Source: Galemys pyrenaicus (Eukaryota). Taken from it: 64,000 nt of DNA. Below are positions 12,940 through 25,671 of this stretch, one piece after another. The translations under genes and the position numbers were made by a program. The DNA is taken from contig JAGFMF010011926.1 in NCBI GenBank assembly GCA_019455555.1, positions 968,990 through 1,032,989 of the forward strand, read 5' to 3'. Numbering within the stretch: the stretch's first letter is position 1; the number at the start of each line of letters is the position of its first letter. The notes beneath the pieces were generated by a model. That model saw only the letters and a list, made by a program, of their open reading frames with translations, did not search any database and was not told where the DNA came from.

Positions 12940-13400
12940 GGGAGAAAGGGGAGAAAGTTATGGGGGTGCGGAGAGCCACTAAACTCCAGCCAGAACAAGG
13001 GGTAGAGTCCTCTGGGTTCGCCTCTCCGGCCCGGATCTCCTCCTGAGGAGGGCAGCCCCCGGCTTTCGTTCTACTAGCGTGCCCCGCCCCGGACCGGCAG
13101 AGCGTCCACGGGTGCGCAGCCTCCTGCGGAATCCCCGCCCCGCTCCTCCTAGGGTTTCCATTACACCCTCCCGGGAGCGAGATCCCGGCTCCAGCTTCCT
13201 GCTGCCGAGATCCGTGACGCCCCGCGTTGGACAGCCGGCTCTCCAGCCCCGGGCGGCGCCCCGAGGGTCGGGTGCAGGTAGTTGGTCACGCTGCCGGGCG
13301 GGGCGCAGGGTCTAGGGCGCCGGGTGCCGCGGTCGGGAGAGGTGGGGAGGGCCAGCGCGGCCTGTCAGGGAAGGCCGGTGGAAGGGATGAAGAGAAAAGT
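12940..13400 (+). promoter_or_regulatory. TEP1: CpG island with GC boxes. Probable TEP1 promoter and non-coding exon 1, with a candidate donor gtgcag|GTAGTT near 13277.
   Basis: Strongly CpG/GC-rich stretch (ccccgcccc at 13085 and 13134) in otherwise AT-rich DNA, 3.4 kb upstream of the TEP1 ATG exon that begins with an acceptor. By recollection the human TEP1 first exon is non-coding. Confidence 0.5.
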
Positions 13401-16400
13401 GAGAAGGGAAGTGAGAAAGCCAGAGAAGGGTAGCAAAATGGGAGGGACAGAGAATAAAGGACACAGGAAGACGAGCGGGCAAGAGACCGAGTGAGATGAG
13501 TCACTCTTCCCTGAACTCTGGGGGAAGAGCTCTGTTGTGATGATGGGAACCCCGGGTGAGCATAAACAGAACAGAGTATCATTTGGCCAACTTAAAAGCG
13601 AGGTGAGAATTAATGTGTTAACATGTCAAGGTCTACAACTCTCTTAAGTGCAGAAGAACATGCCAAGCAAAATAAACAAACAAATATAAAAATAAAAAAT
13701 GGAGGGGAGTGTTGGAGTATTTACATTACACTTACTTGTATATGCATAGAAAATGTCTGAAACTGTTTCTGTAAAACAACTAACAGTGTTATCTCTGGAC
13801 AGTGAAACTAGGGGGGAGTTTCCAGGATTTTTACTTTTCATTTGTAGTTCAACTGAATCTCTCCGCAATCGCCAACGTCCAAAAAATACCTAATTTTTCT
13901 ATTAACTTAATTCTTATTTTGAGATTTTTTTTTAAAAAAAATCTCGAGTCAGTTCTGCGTTTCCTCACTCAGGAATGTTCGTGTAGTACAAAAACATGTA
14001 GGAATGTACAGGACCCAGAGACCATTGTTCTGATATAATTTGCCCACTGGAATGTCCAAGATGAAATCTCTACTGTCCTTTCTGGTGTGGGGTGGAACAT
14101 TTTCCCTCTACCTTTTAAGGTTTTTTCTGGTGATCTACTAATAAAATTGATAAACGACAGATTAACAGGAGAAAAAATTAATTTCTTACTAACGGGAAAC
14201 TCAGGTAGGCATGAGGATTCCAAAGACAAGCAGAAGAAAGTTTGTATGCCATTTTGAGCCCAAAATGGGACCAGAGACTTCTGAGGGGGTGGGGGGTGGG
14301 GGCATAAATCACAGGGTAATGAGAAGCACAGATGTTTGGTAATTTAGATGTTTGCCCTGCCACAAAGATAAGTCATAATAATATCTTTAATTATGGGCAA
14401 GATTCCTTATCTAAATTCCTTTAGGTAGTTAAGGGAGAGGCAAAAATGTCTACTGACACTGAAGGGACCAAGATTACCTTTAACTCCAAAAAATCCCCAT
14501 GCCAGTTTGGCACACCTAGGAGATACCTGTTCTGAACACCTTCACTGATCTTGGATTATCAGCCCAGTCAGTTGTAAGTGTTCCATGTACCTTCCCATAA
14601 ACTCTTGCATATTAAGGTTTAAGTAATTGACTTAATAAAATGCTTATTTCTAAAATGCTTACATGTAAATAGGAGATACGTTTTGTGTTTTTTTTTTGTC
14701 CAAGTAAGTAAATATATTCCTGTGGTATAAGTTCAGGTATTCTCTCAGGCAGTATAAATTTTCAGTAAATGGAGATTCCAGGAGATCAATGGATAGACTA
14801 CTGAAATTTGAGTGCAAAATGGTTTATACACATTTTTCTGTGAAAAAGATCCCTAGCTCACATCAGATTTTCAAAAGACTCTGACTTCCACTGACTAGGC
14901 ATTGTAGAAACAACAGTGAACAAAGCTAAAGGATGTCTGTTCTCAAGAACGTACAGTCAGGTGGGGTGAAAGACAAGTCAGCAGGTAGTTAGTTACAAGA
15001 CTGGGGATATGTTCTATGAATGCAGAAGTAGGTGCTGTAAAAGCATAGAGAGGGCCACCTAAACCAGACTGGGGACTAGGCATCAGCAAAGACTCCTTGA
15101 AGGAAATGATTATTGAACTGAGGCCTGCTGAGTGAGAGTAAAGTAGAGGGACTACAAGAGGGGGAGGTCCTGATAGAAGGAAGAATATTCCAGGCATCTG
15201 CCTAATCGAAAGTCCAGAGTCAAGAGATACTTCAGCAATTTATAAGTTAAAAGAGTTTGTATGATTGAAGTTCAGAGTTAGATGGGAGTAGCGGTAAGAA
15301 GAAGCTGGAGGATAATCAGACATCACTGTGTGATCCTGGGCATACAAAGATGAACAAGAGATGAACAAGGGTACAGATGAAACTGTACCCTTAGGAAGCT
15401 TTATTTTGCTAAGGAGAAACAGTGAATAATAAGCAGTCAAAATGACTTTTTTTATCACTATAAAGAAAATAAACAGGGCGATGGAGTAACCAGTGACTGG
15501 GGTGTGTATCAGGGAGCTCCTTTAGACATATCAACACACCAATTTGTCACCACATGGATTGGAGGGTTTCAATAAAGGTGGTTTCAGGCAGAATGGAGAG
15601 GAGTAGATAGATTCGTGAGACATTAAGGAAGTAGAATCAAGAGAATTTGGCAGATAACTTGATCATTTTAACAAATAACAGTAACTTCCATTTATTGAAT
15701 GGAGTGCTAGGTATACTCTAAGTGCTTATTTTTTTCTATAAGAACTCCTTGAGGCTGGCAGTAATGTCAGTTTTGCAGAGAAGAAAACTGATGTGCAGAG
15801 AGTTTCAGAAACTTGCCTGCGATTCCAAGTGGAGGAATCACAGCTCAAACCCAAATCTACTTCACTCCAAATACCTCTTAACAGAGAAGACAAAGGAGGG
15901 GACTGGATTTGAGGAAGAGTGGGTGGCAGGGAAGTGATACTTTGAGATGAGAGTTCTGTTGAGTCATTCAGATTAAGAAGTCCAACAAGTAAACAGGTAC
16001 ATGAGTAGAAAGCTCCCAAGAGAGCTCTAGGTCAAGAACTAAATTTGTGATTTGCCAACATAGAAATGTTACTTGGAACCACAGAGTGAATGAGACCACC
16101 CTGGGAGCAAACATACAAACGTATATAAGTCTAAGGAGTATCAGCATTGAAGAGGGTGCAGCTAGAGTTGGAAGAAGAAAGTCAGGACAGTAGCATCATG
16201 GAAGCCAAAGGAAGAGAGGATTTCATGAGATCAGTACCACCATATTTTCTTTGAGAGGTAAAGATAAGGGCCAAGATGTATCAATTCTTGTAGTAACAGG
16301 AATTCTGTTAGTTACCTAAGAGGACACCCTGGGAGGAATAACGGAAACAGAATCCCATTTAGTTGATCAAAGAGGTGTTGAATATAGAGACTTCATTCAA

Positions 16401-16761
16401 TTGTTTGTTTCTCTAGAGCTAAGAATCCACAGTGCAGATTCTGGGGAATCACACTGATAGCCCTAGGATCTCCTTTACCCACCAGAAGAGGGCATGTCCT
16501 TTCATCTCCAGCACTTACTTTGTTTAAATTTCCCTGTTCTTAAGCTTTTGACTTACTTTTCCCAACTCTTCTCTCCTGTCATATTCCTTGGATGAACCCA
16601 GTCCTAGAAAAGAAGTGTTGATTGTTCTCTGCGTATAAATCACTGGGATTATCAGGGGGTTATAGGTAAGATATGTTTCCAGGGTAAATGCATTCCCAGT
16701 GCAGCGAGTTGTCATCATCATCTCTTTCTCTTTCTAGTCAAATACCGGTTTGGCTGCAAGG

Positions 16762-17148
16762 ATGGAGAAACCACCTGGACACATGTCTGCCCGTCCCGAC
16801 ATCCTCTCCTTAGAGAACCGGTGCCTGGCCTTGCTTCCTGACATGAAGACCATGGGGAAACCACATGGGCAAATGTCTGTCCGCCCAGATGTCCTCTCCC
16901 TACAGAACCAGTGCTTGAACACTCTCCCTCTTTTTAAGAGCTCAGCGTCTACCAGTTCCTTGCTCCAGTGCCTCCGGGTATCTCCCCTGCTGCAAGCTGA
17001 TCTCTCCAGCCTGAACATCAGCAGCTGTCTGCTCTCTGAGCCTGCAAGTTGGAAGCCTCAGAGCCTCTCTGAGAAACTAAACCTCTTGACCTACCCCAGG
17101 GCCCTGAAATCCATCTCTACCACAGAGAGTGCTCAGGAAGCAGATTTG
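16762..17148 (+). CDS. TEP1: TEP1 coding exon 1 (exon begins at acceptor 16738). ATG at 16762. Two tandem 30-aa TEP1 N-terminal repeats.
   Basis: MEKPPGHMSARPDILSLENRCLALLPDMKT / MGKPHGQMSVRPDVLSLQNQCLNTLPLFKS ...TESAQEADL; donor TTG|GTAAGA. Confidence 0.85.
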
Positions 17149-18065
17149 GTAAGAGCTCTCAGTGTTTGTGTTGAATCCAGCTGTGTCTATGGATGCTCTT
17201 GTTCCTAGCTTTCAGTGTCTCAGTTTCCCTACTCTGTGTCTGTGGACCCTCTTTCCTCAGAGTCTCTTCCTCAGATTCACTTTCCACCAGGGATGTTTCT
17301 TTATTGACATCTTTATTACTCTTATTGTAGATATAGTTCAAATGTCTGGACAATAGAGTAAAAACAGGCACAGTCCTCAGAAAACCTCTGGTCAGGTGGA
17401 GAGATGATACCACAGTAGCATGAGCATTCCAGTATTTTCACATCCCACTTGAGCATGGGAGGGCACAGACGCCCACTTGCCTGTGTGTGTGTATGTAAAC
17501 ACAAGCCCACTCAGGCACATCTGCATGAGCACATTTAGCCCACAGATCCCAAACTGGTAGAAGATGGACACACATTTCTTCTGTATAATTTGGAATATAG
17601 ACTGAGGGAAAACCCTATGCAATCTCTGCCAATTACAAGCCATACCATTTTCGGCAAAACTAAACCCTTTGGAGCCTTAATTCCTCATCTTAGAAATCAA
17701 CTCTATGAAAATCTATCTCACAGGGTACCTATTGTGAGGCTCAGAGGTTAAGCAGTCCAAAGTTACTGGGTGACTGAGCTGGAACTTGGCCCTTTTTTTG
17801 GGGCTCTGTAATACTTTAGTAGCATCACTAAGGCTTCCAGACTGTGACATTCACAAGGAGATAAAGGCAAAGAGACGATCACGAAGCATCTGAGCAAAGG
17901 CTCACAAGGTCAAATAGGGCAAGTGGTTTGTATGACCATGAAAAGGAAGAAGAATTCAGGTGCTGGAAGATCAGTTTGGAGGCTTCCTATCCCTGCTTGC
18001 TGCCTTTAGATGTGCTTGAGGGTCTCTGGATACACACTATGATTAATACCAGCTACTCTCTCCAG

Positions 18066-18245
18066 GGTCATTTGTTTTCAGAAGCACAGAAGCCAGAAGA
18101 GAAGGAATGGACAAAGGTTCAAATGCCTTTGTATAGCCTGAGCTTGGGGGAGGACGATGAAATGGAGGGAATAGACTTGAAGCTGACCCTTGGGGACTCT
18201 GAATCTCAACCTGAGCTCACTGACCAGCTCCTTCAGGAAAAAAAG
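18066..18245 (+). CDS. TEP1: TEP1 exon 2
   Basis: acceptor ctctccag|G; GHLFSEAQKPEEKEWTKVQMPLYSLSLGEDDEMEGIDLKLTLGDSESQPELTDQLLQEKK; donor AAG|GTAAGG; phase 0. Confidence 0.8.
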
Positions 18246-18493
18246 GTAAGGTTCCAGAGTCGGGGAGAGGTGGTAGTGGGGGGAGGGAGGCTGGTCCGGA
18301 CTGAAAGAGGGGGATCAGATCCCTTCCACAACTCTTGTTTCTTATAGCCTAATCTCCCTTGCGACCCCTTAGTTGAACAAACATCTTCCCAAATGTGGGG
18401 TCCATTCCCTCTGTTCTTGATTTTGGAAGTTGACCTGAATGGATGCTTAAGTTGGTCCTTAGGGTTCCTTTCCTTGTTTTTCCCAATCCCCAG

Positions 18494-18613
18494 CTGGCTC
18501 TAATGAACTTGCTGTGCTCTGCTGTGGTGTCACGTGTAAAACATGCATATGGTCCTACCCTCCTTGAAGTCTGTAGTGAACTTGCCCCCTTGGAGCCCGA
18601 GTTTATCCTCAAG
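18494..18613 (+). CDS. TEP1: TEP1 exon 3 (TROVE region)
   Basis: LALMNLLCSAVVSRVKHAYGPTLLEVCSELAPLEPEFILK; cag|CTG acceptor, AAG|GTATTG donor. Confidence 0.8.
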
Positions 18614-19347
18614 GTATTGTGGCATGAAGGAGGGGGTGGGAACAGAAAGCTGGGAGACGGTAATAGTGGCTCTGGTGTGTGCGGGGATGTGATGGGCCTT
18701 AGACTGGCAGCAGAGGGAACGTCACTTGGGAAGGCAGTGAGGGCTGAGGGTGTGTCTGAGGCCTGCCTCCCAGGATTCTTTGAAGAGGGGGAGGACCTGC
18801 AACTGAGAAACAGTGCTGTAGGGTTTGTTTCTTTAGTAAGTACACAGGCTGGTTACACAGTGCTGGGCCTTGAAAGTCATACCAACAGACGTAATGAGAC
18901 TTGGATCTGATTTTAAAGGAGCCTTTGGTATTGTTAGGAAGGCAGGCAAAACACTCCCAAATATTTGTAAGTGCAAATGGAATTGTAGATAGTGAATGTT
19001 TCAGAAGCAAAGAGGGGGAACATTGTTTTCTCTGTGACATTGGACGAAGGCAGGTTTTATCAGCACCTTGATCCCTGGGTAAGTTTTTGATAGCTATTGA
19101 TGAGAGAGGTCTTCAAAGGGGGCACGGGCCTGGCTGACTTGGTAGGCGATCAGCAGACTCAGGAGGAGACGTGCTGCAGAAGTGTACAAGGGCGAAATTA
19201 TGAGACCTGTAGACAGCAAGGTCAAGGGGCTTGGACTTGGAGGGCTCCAGAAAGGCTTTATGCATCCAGATTAGATAAACAAGGTGATTTAGGGCTTGAG
19301 GCCATGAAACCAGGCTGAGATGCCAACCTCTCCACCCTGTGCCCCAG

Positions 19348-19509
19348 GCATCTCTGTATGCCAGGCAACAACTGAATGTCCGGGATGTGGCCAATGAAGT
19401 CTTGGCCATTGCTGCCTTCTTGCCAGCCTGCCGCCCCCATCTGCGACGATATTTCTGTGCCATTGTCCAGCTGCCTTCTGACTGGATCCAGGTAGCCGAG
19501 TTCTACCAG
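19348..19509 (+). CDS. TEP1: TEP1 exon 4 (TROVE)
   Basis: ASLYARQQLNVRDVANEVLAIAAFLPACRPHLRRYFCAIVQLPSDWIQVAEFYQ; donor CAG|GTATGA. Confidence 0.85.
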
Positions 19510-19844
19510 GTATGACTCTCACTTCTCTGAGCTTTGGCCTGCATTTGTTTCCCTCTCTTTACTTACTGCCTCTCTGGAGAAGATGCGAGGCTGCTTGACC
19601 TCCCCTCAGGCATCCTAAGCCTTGGTGCCCAGACAGCACAGCTTCTCCCTGTACTGGGCTGGGGTGTGCAATAGGGAGGATGTGATTGAGAAGGGTTGGA
19701 CCACAGTTTGAGAAAAGCCAAATTGACTGTGGACTTTATGTTTACAATGAAGAAAGAACCAGAGAAGTTTGTTGGGTAGTCTAGTACTTCAGGCATGGTA
19801 ATTTTAGACTTAGAGCCAGCCCTCGCCCTATTCTTTTTTTTTTT

Positions 19845-20135
19845 TTTTTAATTTATTTGTTTTTAAAGATTTTATTTATTTTTGCATACAAGAACTTGGG
19901 CACAGGTCAGAAGTGTGGGGGGTGAGAGGATCCACCAGAGAGAGTGGGGAACAGAACAGGCAATCTGCTGAAACACACTGCTGAGGGGAGCAGTGGGAGG
20001 GACAGAAGAGGTCTGCTTTGCCATATGGGTCATCTCCCTGGCCCTGGCTGGTGGCAAGGATCAGACCCATGCTGCAGTGGCTGTGGTTTGCTTCACAAGC
20101 AGTGCTTAACCCATTGTGCCACCAGGGAGGCCCCC
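19845..20135 (-). mobile_element. tRNA-derived SINE copy (antisense) in TEP1 intron 4
   Basis: The rc head ggggcctccctggtggcacaatgggttaagcactgcttgtgaagc... matches the same family. Confidence 0.8.
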
Positions 20136-20256
20136 TTGCACCCTATTCTTTATTCTCACGTAATCCCATGAAGTCGTCTTATTTTATTTTAGAAGGTTTG
20201 TTTGGGTCTCATCCTGATGACCTCTGCCCCCCACCCCAACTTTTTCTCCCTGACAG

Positions 20257-20418
20257 AACCTGGCTGAAGGAGAGGAGAAGAAATTGGTGCCACTGCCCAC
20301 CTGCCTGCGGGCTGCCATGACCGAAAAATTTGCTCAGTTTGACGAGTACCAGCTGGCTAAGTACAACCCTCGGAAGCACAGAGCCAAGAGGCGCCCCTTT
20401 AAGCCTCCCCGTCCTCCA
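20257..20418 (+). CDS. TEP1: TEP1 exon 5 (TROVE)
   Basis: NLAEGEEKKLVPLPTCLRAAMTEKFAQFDEYQLAKYNPRKHRAKRRPFKPPRPP; donor CCA|GTCAGT is non-consensus and is chosen because it keeps the reading frame and matches my recollection of the human protein. Confidence 0.65.
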
Positions 20419-20711
20419 GTCAGTACCCCCTCACCTCTGGTCATTAACAGGCTTTTCTCTGCAAAGGAAGGGATGAGGGACTATGTCCTGGGGGTCAGCG
20501 GCTAATATATTCCTCCTACCAGTCACAGAAGGACTCAGAGAAACGCAGAAGTGCCGGGTAGAGATGGGGGGGCGGGGCGGGGCAGAGAAGGGTGCTTGTC
20601 TCTTTCTTTCCTGGCTTTGTTTTGGTAGAAATAGGCTTTTGGGCTCTTGGAACAGGTGTCTGAGGGACGATCTCCTTTCACTTTTTGAAACTGCTTCTCC
20701 TGTCCCTGTAG

Positions 20712-20792
20712 AAGGACACAGAGAAACCATTTTCTGAGACAATGGAACTTTTGCCACTGTACCTTAAGACTTTTAAAAAGAAGCAGCAGGAG
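20712..20792 (+). CDS. TEP1: TEP1 exon 6
   Basis: acceptor ccctgtag|AAG; KDTEKPFSETMELLPLYLKTFKKKQQE; donor GAG|GTGAGT. Confidence 0.75.
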
Positions 20793-21916
20793 GTGAGTGC
20801 CATGTTCTGCACATTTATATGTACCGTGTTTTCTGGATTTATGTTTACAAATGTAATTCTATTTGGTTTAGAAATATTCATAGTGGGTGTGGTAGGCACA
20901 TGCCAGCTTCCTACCTGGGGTGTCTTCATTGTGATTATGGGGTCAGATTTTGAGAAATCTGGGAAAGGCTCATTTTTCCCCCACATGCTCCCCTTAGTGT
21001 TATACTTTATTGATGATGGCAGATTCATCTGAATAAAGTAGTTAAAAAAGTTGTAAAATATCCATCTTCCATAGGTAGTTTAAAAACAACTCAAACTTTT
21101 TTTTTAAATTTTACTTTTGTGACTAATAACTACCCTTAAAGATTAACAACACCTGGTTTTGACTTGCAGGCTGTGTGACCTGAGCCAATGGTGTACCCTC
21201 TTCTCCCTGTTTGTTCAAGTATAAAAAGGGGATAATAGCAGTACTTACTTCATCAGATTTTTCCAAGAGTTAAATCAGTTTCTGTATCTAAACTATTCCT
21301 AGTAATACCTGGCACTGAATAAGTATTAACTAGTACCATCATCATCATTAAATAGTTTATTAGAAAATAAATATTTTCAATGAAAACATGTTCTCACATA
21401 GTCAACTGATCTTTGCTCTTCATCTTATGACTACATTCCAAATGTGGTTCTCTACTATAGAAGTTTCTGAAAGCCAGCTTCTTTCAGTTTTTAACTCCTC
21501 AAAGTGTGTTGTGACCATTCCTTCACTGACTTATTCTACGTCTTGGTGTTTTAATTTATTATTTTTTTTATGTCTCAACATTTCAATTGAGCTGCTTTTT
21601 CTTTTTTCCTCGAAGGGGTTGTCTGTTCTTTCTATTCTCCCATCTTATTTTTCACAATCATCCATGTTAACCCTGCATAGTTCAGTCTGGGGTCAATGAA
21701 ACACAGTTATCCCAAGCAGCTTCCATCTCATTCCCATCACGGGAGCACTTGTTGCTGGGCATTTTCACCCACTACTCATAGTCTTGGCCCAGATCTACTT
21801 TGGGGAAAGAAATGACCTCACAGCTACAGGATGGTATTGGGCCTCATTGCTGAAGAAAATGACCATGGTTACAATTAAATGATCCTGTGAAATGATCCTC
21901 TGAAATGTTTTCACAG

Positions 21917-22041
21917 TTTGAGGCAGCATATAGTGTGGTGCCAGAGAGAAAGAGCCCACCGAGGTTCACCCTGAAGAAGTTGGTACAGCGACTGCATATC
22001 CAGGAGCCTGCGCAGCTCGTTCAGGCCCTGCTGGGCTGCAG
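21917..22041 (+). CDS. TEP1: TEP1 exon 7
   Basis: FEAAYSVVPERKSPPRFTLKKLVQRLHIQEPAQLVQALLGC(R); tcacag|TTT acceptor, AG|GTGAGA donor. Confidence 0.85.
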
Positions 22042-22207
22042 GTGAGAAATACCCTGGATGTACATTCTGCAGAATAAACCCATGGCTTCAGCGTCTGTGA
22101 CCCCAACCCTGTATTCTCAACTCTGGCAACGTAAATGTGGGCAGACATGGCTGACAAACATGACTGGCTTTGGTTGATTTACCTTTCCTTTTCCTTCTCT
22201 GTTCCAG

Positions 22208-22365
22208 ATACCCCCCAACCCTGCAGGTCTTTTCTCAAAGTCACCTCCCCGGCCCATGGGATTCCAGCAAAGCTGGGAAGAAAATGAAGCTTTCTCAGCC
22301 AGAGACCTGGGAGCGGGAACTGAGCTTGCGAGGGAACACAGCTTCAGTCTGGGAGGAACTCATTG
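22208..22365 (+). CDS. TEP1: TEP1 exon 8
   Basis: (R)YPPTLQVFSQSHLPGPWDSSKAGKKMKLSQPETWERELSLRGNTASVWEELI; donor TTG|GTAGGT. Confidence 0.85.
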
Positions 22366-24748
22366 GTAGGTAACCTCAACCTTCACCTTCCCTTTTCCTC
22401 TTACTGCTTCATGCCTCTACATTTTGAGCCCTGACTAGGAGATTTCCATGGAAGATGCATTTGTTCTCTTGCCTGGTAGTTGCAAGAAATGATTGGATTT
22501 ATGAGATCTACCACCTACAGTTGCAGGAAATTGATTGGATTTATGAGGTCCACCACCTACACTCCAAAGCAGATAGCGGTGCCTGCGCTGGCACTGAAGG
22601 GAGATCATTGTTTCAGGTGTGGTTGGGGGTACACAAGACTTTACTAACATGACAAGAGTCATCTTCGCTGGTTTCACTTGTATCAGTATCTTTGTGATGT
22701 GTGATTCATTCAAACATCGTAGAATAGGTGTGAGTATTGGAATCTCCACAGAAACTCATATTTAATACATGGATATTTTAGGCAATTTACTCACATTGAT
22801 AAAAAAATATTCAAAGTGGGGAGCACCACGATACTTTAACTTCTCTCTTTCTCTTTTTTAAGGGGGGGGTTGGTTTATTTTTAACTATAGAAAGTTCTCT
22901 CTATTCCATTTTGTTTTCTTTCACTTCTTCTTTAGCTTTGAAAATTTAAAGTCAACTTTTTTCTTCTGAAAACTCTTAATTCCTTTTTGTAGAATTCTTC
23001 TGTAAAATTTTTTGCTTTCAGTTTGGTAGAATTCTTATTTTGTAGAGTGTGCTCAGAGCAAGTTGAACTGCTTGTCACTCCTTGGACTCTGTGGCTATCA
23101 CTGCTGGTGCATATGTCAGAATCACAAGGGAATTCAAACACACACATGCACGCACACGCACAGGTGTGCTTGACCATCTCCTCTCCAGTATTTGATACGA
23201 CTTTGACAGAGCAGGCTAAAGGGACCTGGATGACAGCTAGTATGTGTAAATGATTCTGGAATATCTCTATATCTCTGCTTCCTCCTTCTTCCCACAAAAG
23301 TTAAAGCTTGGCTGAGCAAATGCCCATAGTCTAGTCCAATGGTCTCTAGATGTTTTTGCAAAATCATTTAATTGCAAGATAATTACATTGCAATGGAATA
23401 TACCAGAGTATATGTATATGTATTTTTAATAATGTTATACATGTACTAATAAATAAGTACTCTATAAAGTATAATTATCTAAATATAGACATGAAAGTAA
23501 GTATAGTAAAACATAAAAATAAATATAAGTATAAATAAAAGATAAAATGTAGTTTTCAATGTGCAGACCACAGTACTTATTAAAATTTGGGGGAGTGAAA
23601 TCAGTGAATTTCTCAATGTAAAGGGTAAGTATTACATTCATTCATAAATATGATACTGGACTTCATTTCTTATCAGAATGACCTAACAAACTTTCCATGT
23701 AGCAACAGTTGAGAAAAACTTATGAATGGGCAAAGCATGCAAACTGCTGACAGTGCGGGCGGAGTGCCCGGGTGTGTGGTGGGCTGACGGCTCAAAGCAT
23801 TCTGGTGCACTTCTGGTGGTATACAGAAGACTATCACTCCTCCTATTTACCTTTATATGAAAAAAGAATTTTTCTAGTATTTACTACACAGATTGAACCC
23901 CTATAGTCATGGAGTCTGCTGAGTGAGCAAGAGTGGGAGTGCCAAGTGATGGTGCCCCCCACCCCCACTCCATTTTCAGTTTCTTTATAATGTGACATCT
24001 TTGGCTCATGGAATTGGATTTAGAATTCTCATTCATCTTAACCAAAGTAACTCTCTAAAATTAACACAAGCCTTAAAAAGATTACTAAGAAACTATGACA
24101 TGAAATTAATACTAACATCAGTGGGTTTAGTTAAAAAGTAAAGGAGGGAAATTCTGCTGCAGTACAAATATTTTTCACTTACACTTGAATTAAATTTCAC
24201 CCGTATTTAACTGTTTCGCTATTTAATCATATCTTAGAAGAATTTGGCCAGAAAAACTTAAAACAGATTCCAGAAAACTATTTGAAATGTGTGTTTACAC
24301 TCACTGCTAACGGTGAACCTCCCCTTACATGCATATTCTGCCTTGCAATAGTAACTAGTGCTTATGCTACATATATGCAATTTATGACTGAACAAATAAG
24401 CTAACACTGGGAAATTTCTCTTTCAGTCATCTAGAAGGTTTGGAAATCATTGCTGTAGAATATAGTTTTCCAGATGAGGCCAATCTCAAAGCTTAGAGGT
24501 AGTAGACAAATGATAATTGAAGTTGTTTATTGAAACAGCTGTCCTATACACAGAGTTGTATAAATTTTTCTCCAAACTTCAAACCGACTATTTGTATCTT
24601 TCCAGACAGTCTGAGTACGATAGACCATATGTTATTCCCTCACTCCATCCTTGAATTTTCTACACGGCCTCAGAACTTCTTGCTCTGGTCGCCTTCCGCT
24701 CTTACTCATTCTCATTTGCTCTTCTACCCTGTGCCTGCTCTTCCGAAG

Positions 24749-24858
24749 ACCATGGGAAGCTTCCCTTCATGGCCATGCTTCGGAATCTGAACAACCTGCT
24801 GCGGATTGGAATCAGCGCCCACCACCACAAACTCGTTCTCGAGAGGCTCCAGCATGAG
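24749..24858 (+). CDS. TEP1: TEP1 exon 9
   Basis: (D)HGKLPFMAMLRNLNNLLRIGISAHHHKLVLERLQHE; donor GAG|GTACAT. Confidence 0.8.
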
Positions 24859-25209
24859 GTACATAGAGGGGCAGGCAGCCGATGGTCAGGGAGTAGAGAT
24901 GGGGATGAAGATGTGGCCGCAGCCTTGGGACCCAGGATTTTTCTAGTGGCTGGGGAAGGTGATGCCCACCAAGCTCTTTCTGTGTGGGCTGTAAACAAGT
25001 GCAAGAACACAGATGGTTTTGGGGAGACAGGTTTGGGAGCTCATCAGCTCTGAGAGATTAGATGTTAGAACTTTTGTCTTTATTTTCTGAGATCAGTGAC
25101 TTACCAGGAAGAAGCACTTCTGTGGTTTTTTTCTTTAGTCTTCTCTTCCATTATCTGTATTTTGTCTCTAATATCCATTTTGTTCCTCCTCACCTTCCCA
25201 CAAATCTAA

Positions 25210-25482
25210 AATTTTTTTTAAGGATCTATTTATTTATGCACACAAGAACTGGGTACAGGCCCGAGTCACAGGAGGTGAGAGGATTCACTAGAGACAGAGT
25301 GGGAGCAGAACAGGCAGATCTACTGAAGCACACTGCTGAGGGGAGCAGCGGACTAGGCAGGAGAGGTCTGCTGCACCATGAGGGTCCCCTCCCTGGCTGG
25401 GGATCGAACTCATGCTGCAGTGGCTGCAGATGCTTCATAGTGTGGTGCTTAACCCCTTGCGCCACCAGGGAGGTCCACTTTC
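25210..25482 (-). mobile_element. tRNA-derived SINE copy (antisense) in TEP1 intron 9
   Basis: Same family consensus. Confidence 0.8.
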
Positions 25483-25580
25483 CCACAATAATGGAGTGGT
25501 TTTCTCATCTCCCTGATCTTTGAGGCCCCTGATGCTCCTCACAATCCCCGGTCTTCTGCTTATGAGCACTCTTTTTTCAG

Positions 25581-25671
25581 AAATCAGTGGTCCACAGTCG
25601 GCAGTTTCCATTCAGATTCCTTAATGCCCATGATTCCATCAATGACCTTGAGGCTCAACTCAGAAATGCAG
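25581..25671 (+). CDS. TEP1: TEP1 exon 10
   Basis: KSVVHSRQFPFRFLNAHDSINDLEAQLRNA; ttttcag|AAA acceptor, CAG|GTATTA donor. Confidence 0.8.

Noticed and set aside
13079-13582. Cluster of short ORFs (13079-13315, 13227-13433, 13282-13494, 13286-13582 minus) inside the CpG island
   Set aside because: They are Arg/Gly/Pro-rich composition artefacts of CpG-island DNA. There is no domain similarity. The region is better explained as the TEP1 promoter and non-coding exon.
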